Position numbers and translations under genes: made by a program | Part shown: one piece after another, positions 63,531 through 64,000 of the stretch | Layout: every line of letters starts with the position of its first letter | Position numbering within the stretch: the first letter of the stretch is position 1 | Source: Phoronis australis | Taxonomy: Eukaryota; Animalia; Phoronida | Length of the DNA: 64,000 bases | Assembly (NCBI GenBank): GCA_002633005.1 | Contig: NMRA01000035.1 | Coordinates: 1,083,059 to 1,147,058 of the forward strand | Direction of reading: 5' to 3' | The notes under the pieces: generated by a model | What the model was told of the DNA's origin: nothing | The model's input: the letters and a program-made list of their open reading frames with translations, nothing else | Databases searched by the model: none

Positions 63531-63961
63531 TTCATAATTGCTGTCTTGATCGTCATGATTATCGTCGTCTCCCTCATCGTCGTCGTTTCGATTAATTCCG
63601 TCAAGTGTCGCTCCTCCGAGCGCTCTCGTTTTGTTCGTTACTGGTTTCGTAGAACACCAAGCATATTTGAGTTATCAATTCTGAGCTTATTGACTTTCAG
63701 GGTCCAACTTTTATGTTTTATTAAAGTGAGTAGTGTCAGTGGTGGATACGAGGAATAGAAAAACTCAAGGGCCTGTGTTTGCGTCTGTATTGCTGGCGAA
63801 AGCGCCACCTGGTCAAATCCTACCGTGGACATAACAAAGCCTTCAACTGATCAGATTACAAAAATTAATCACGAGGTAGAAAAATTGAATTTGGAACACA
63901 AGGAATAAAGCTACATTCCTGATCTCAACTGGTCCATAGTTACAAACATTCAAGAGAATAC

Positions 63962-64000
63962 CTGGAATTGTATGAGACTTTCTGTCTGCTCCGGCGACAA
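63962..64000 (-). CDS. FAF2: FAF2 exon 1 (3' part only)
   Basis: LSPEQTESLIQFQ|gtattc matches the recalled FAF2 N-terminal LTQEQTEKLLQFQ. Confidence 0.88.

Larger units (their letters stand above)
48392..64000 (-). other. FAF2: FAS-associated factor 2 / UBXD8 (p97/VCP adaptor) gene span; start codon lies beyond the window end
   Basis: Thirteen in-order GT-AG exons with compatible phases give UBA-like, hydrophobic hairpin, UAS, coiled-coil and UBX regions colinear with FAF2. Confidence 0.93.

Noticed and set aside
63513-63758. 81-aa ORF with a hydrophobic N-terminus
   Set aside because: It begins inside a repeat unit and runs through low-complexity (TCG/TCA)n sequence, antisense within FAF2 intron 1.

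Overview
AT-rich, intron-rich animal genomic DNA from an invertebrate, probably a lophotrochozoan (innexins, GT-AG introns, many MITEs and LINE relics). It comes from a draft assembly with two long N gaps and several single-N joins. (1) A roughly 18-kb block is present twice in direct orientation: copy 1 at about 7234-25750 and copy 2 at about 31385-49140. Each copy carries a minus-strand innexin with a single coding exon and a divergently oriented plus-strand exon encoding a chitin-binding type-2 (CBM14/peritrophin-A) domain followed by a mucin-like stalk. That protein is membrane-anchored in copy 1 and truncated by a ~5.6-kb deletion in copy 2. (2) A minus-strand FAF2/UBXD8 orthologue (UBA-like, hairpin, UAS, coiled coil, UBX) has 14 exons traceable by hand. 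Its penultimate UBX exon is found only out of order at 25608-25751, and its exon-12 splice donor has been amplified into about 41 tandem 39-bp copies. (3) Mobile DNA includes a 5'-truncated LINE with a 12-bp TSD and a visible empty site, a CAGGG-ended element with a 5-bp TSD, Penelope and LINE relics, Helentron-associated-like elements, MITEs and minisatellites. No prokaryotic systems, rRNA, convincing tRNA or CRISPR array were seen. Sequence alone cannot tell whether the big duplication is a true tandem duplication or two uncollapsed haplotypes.
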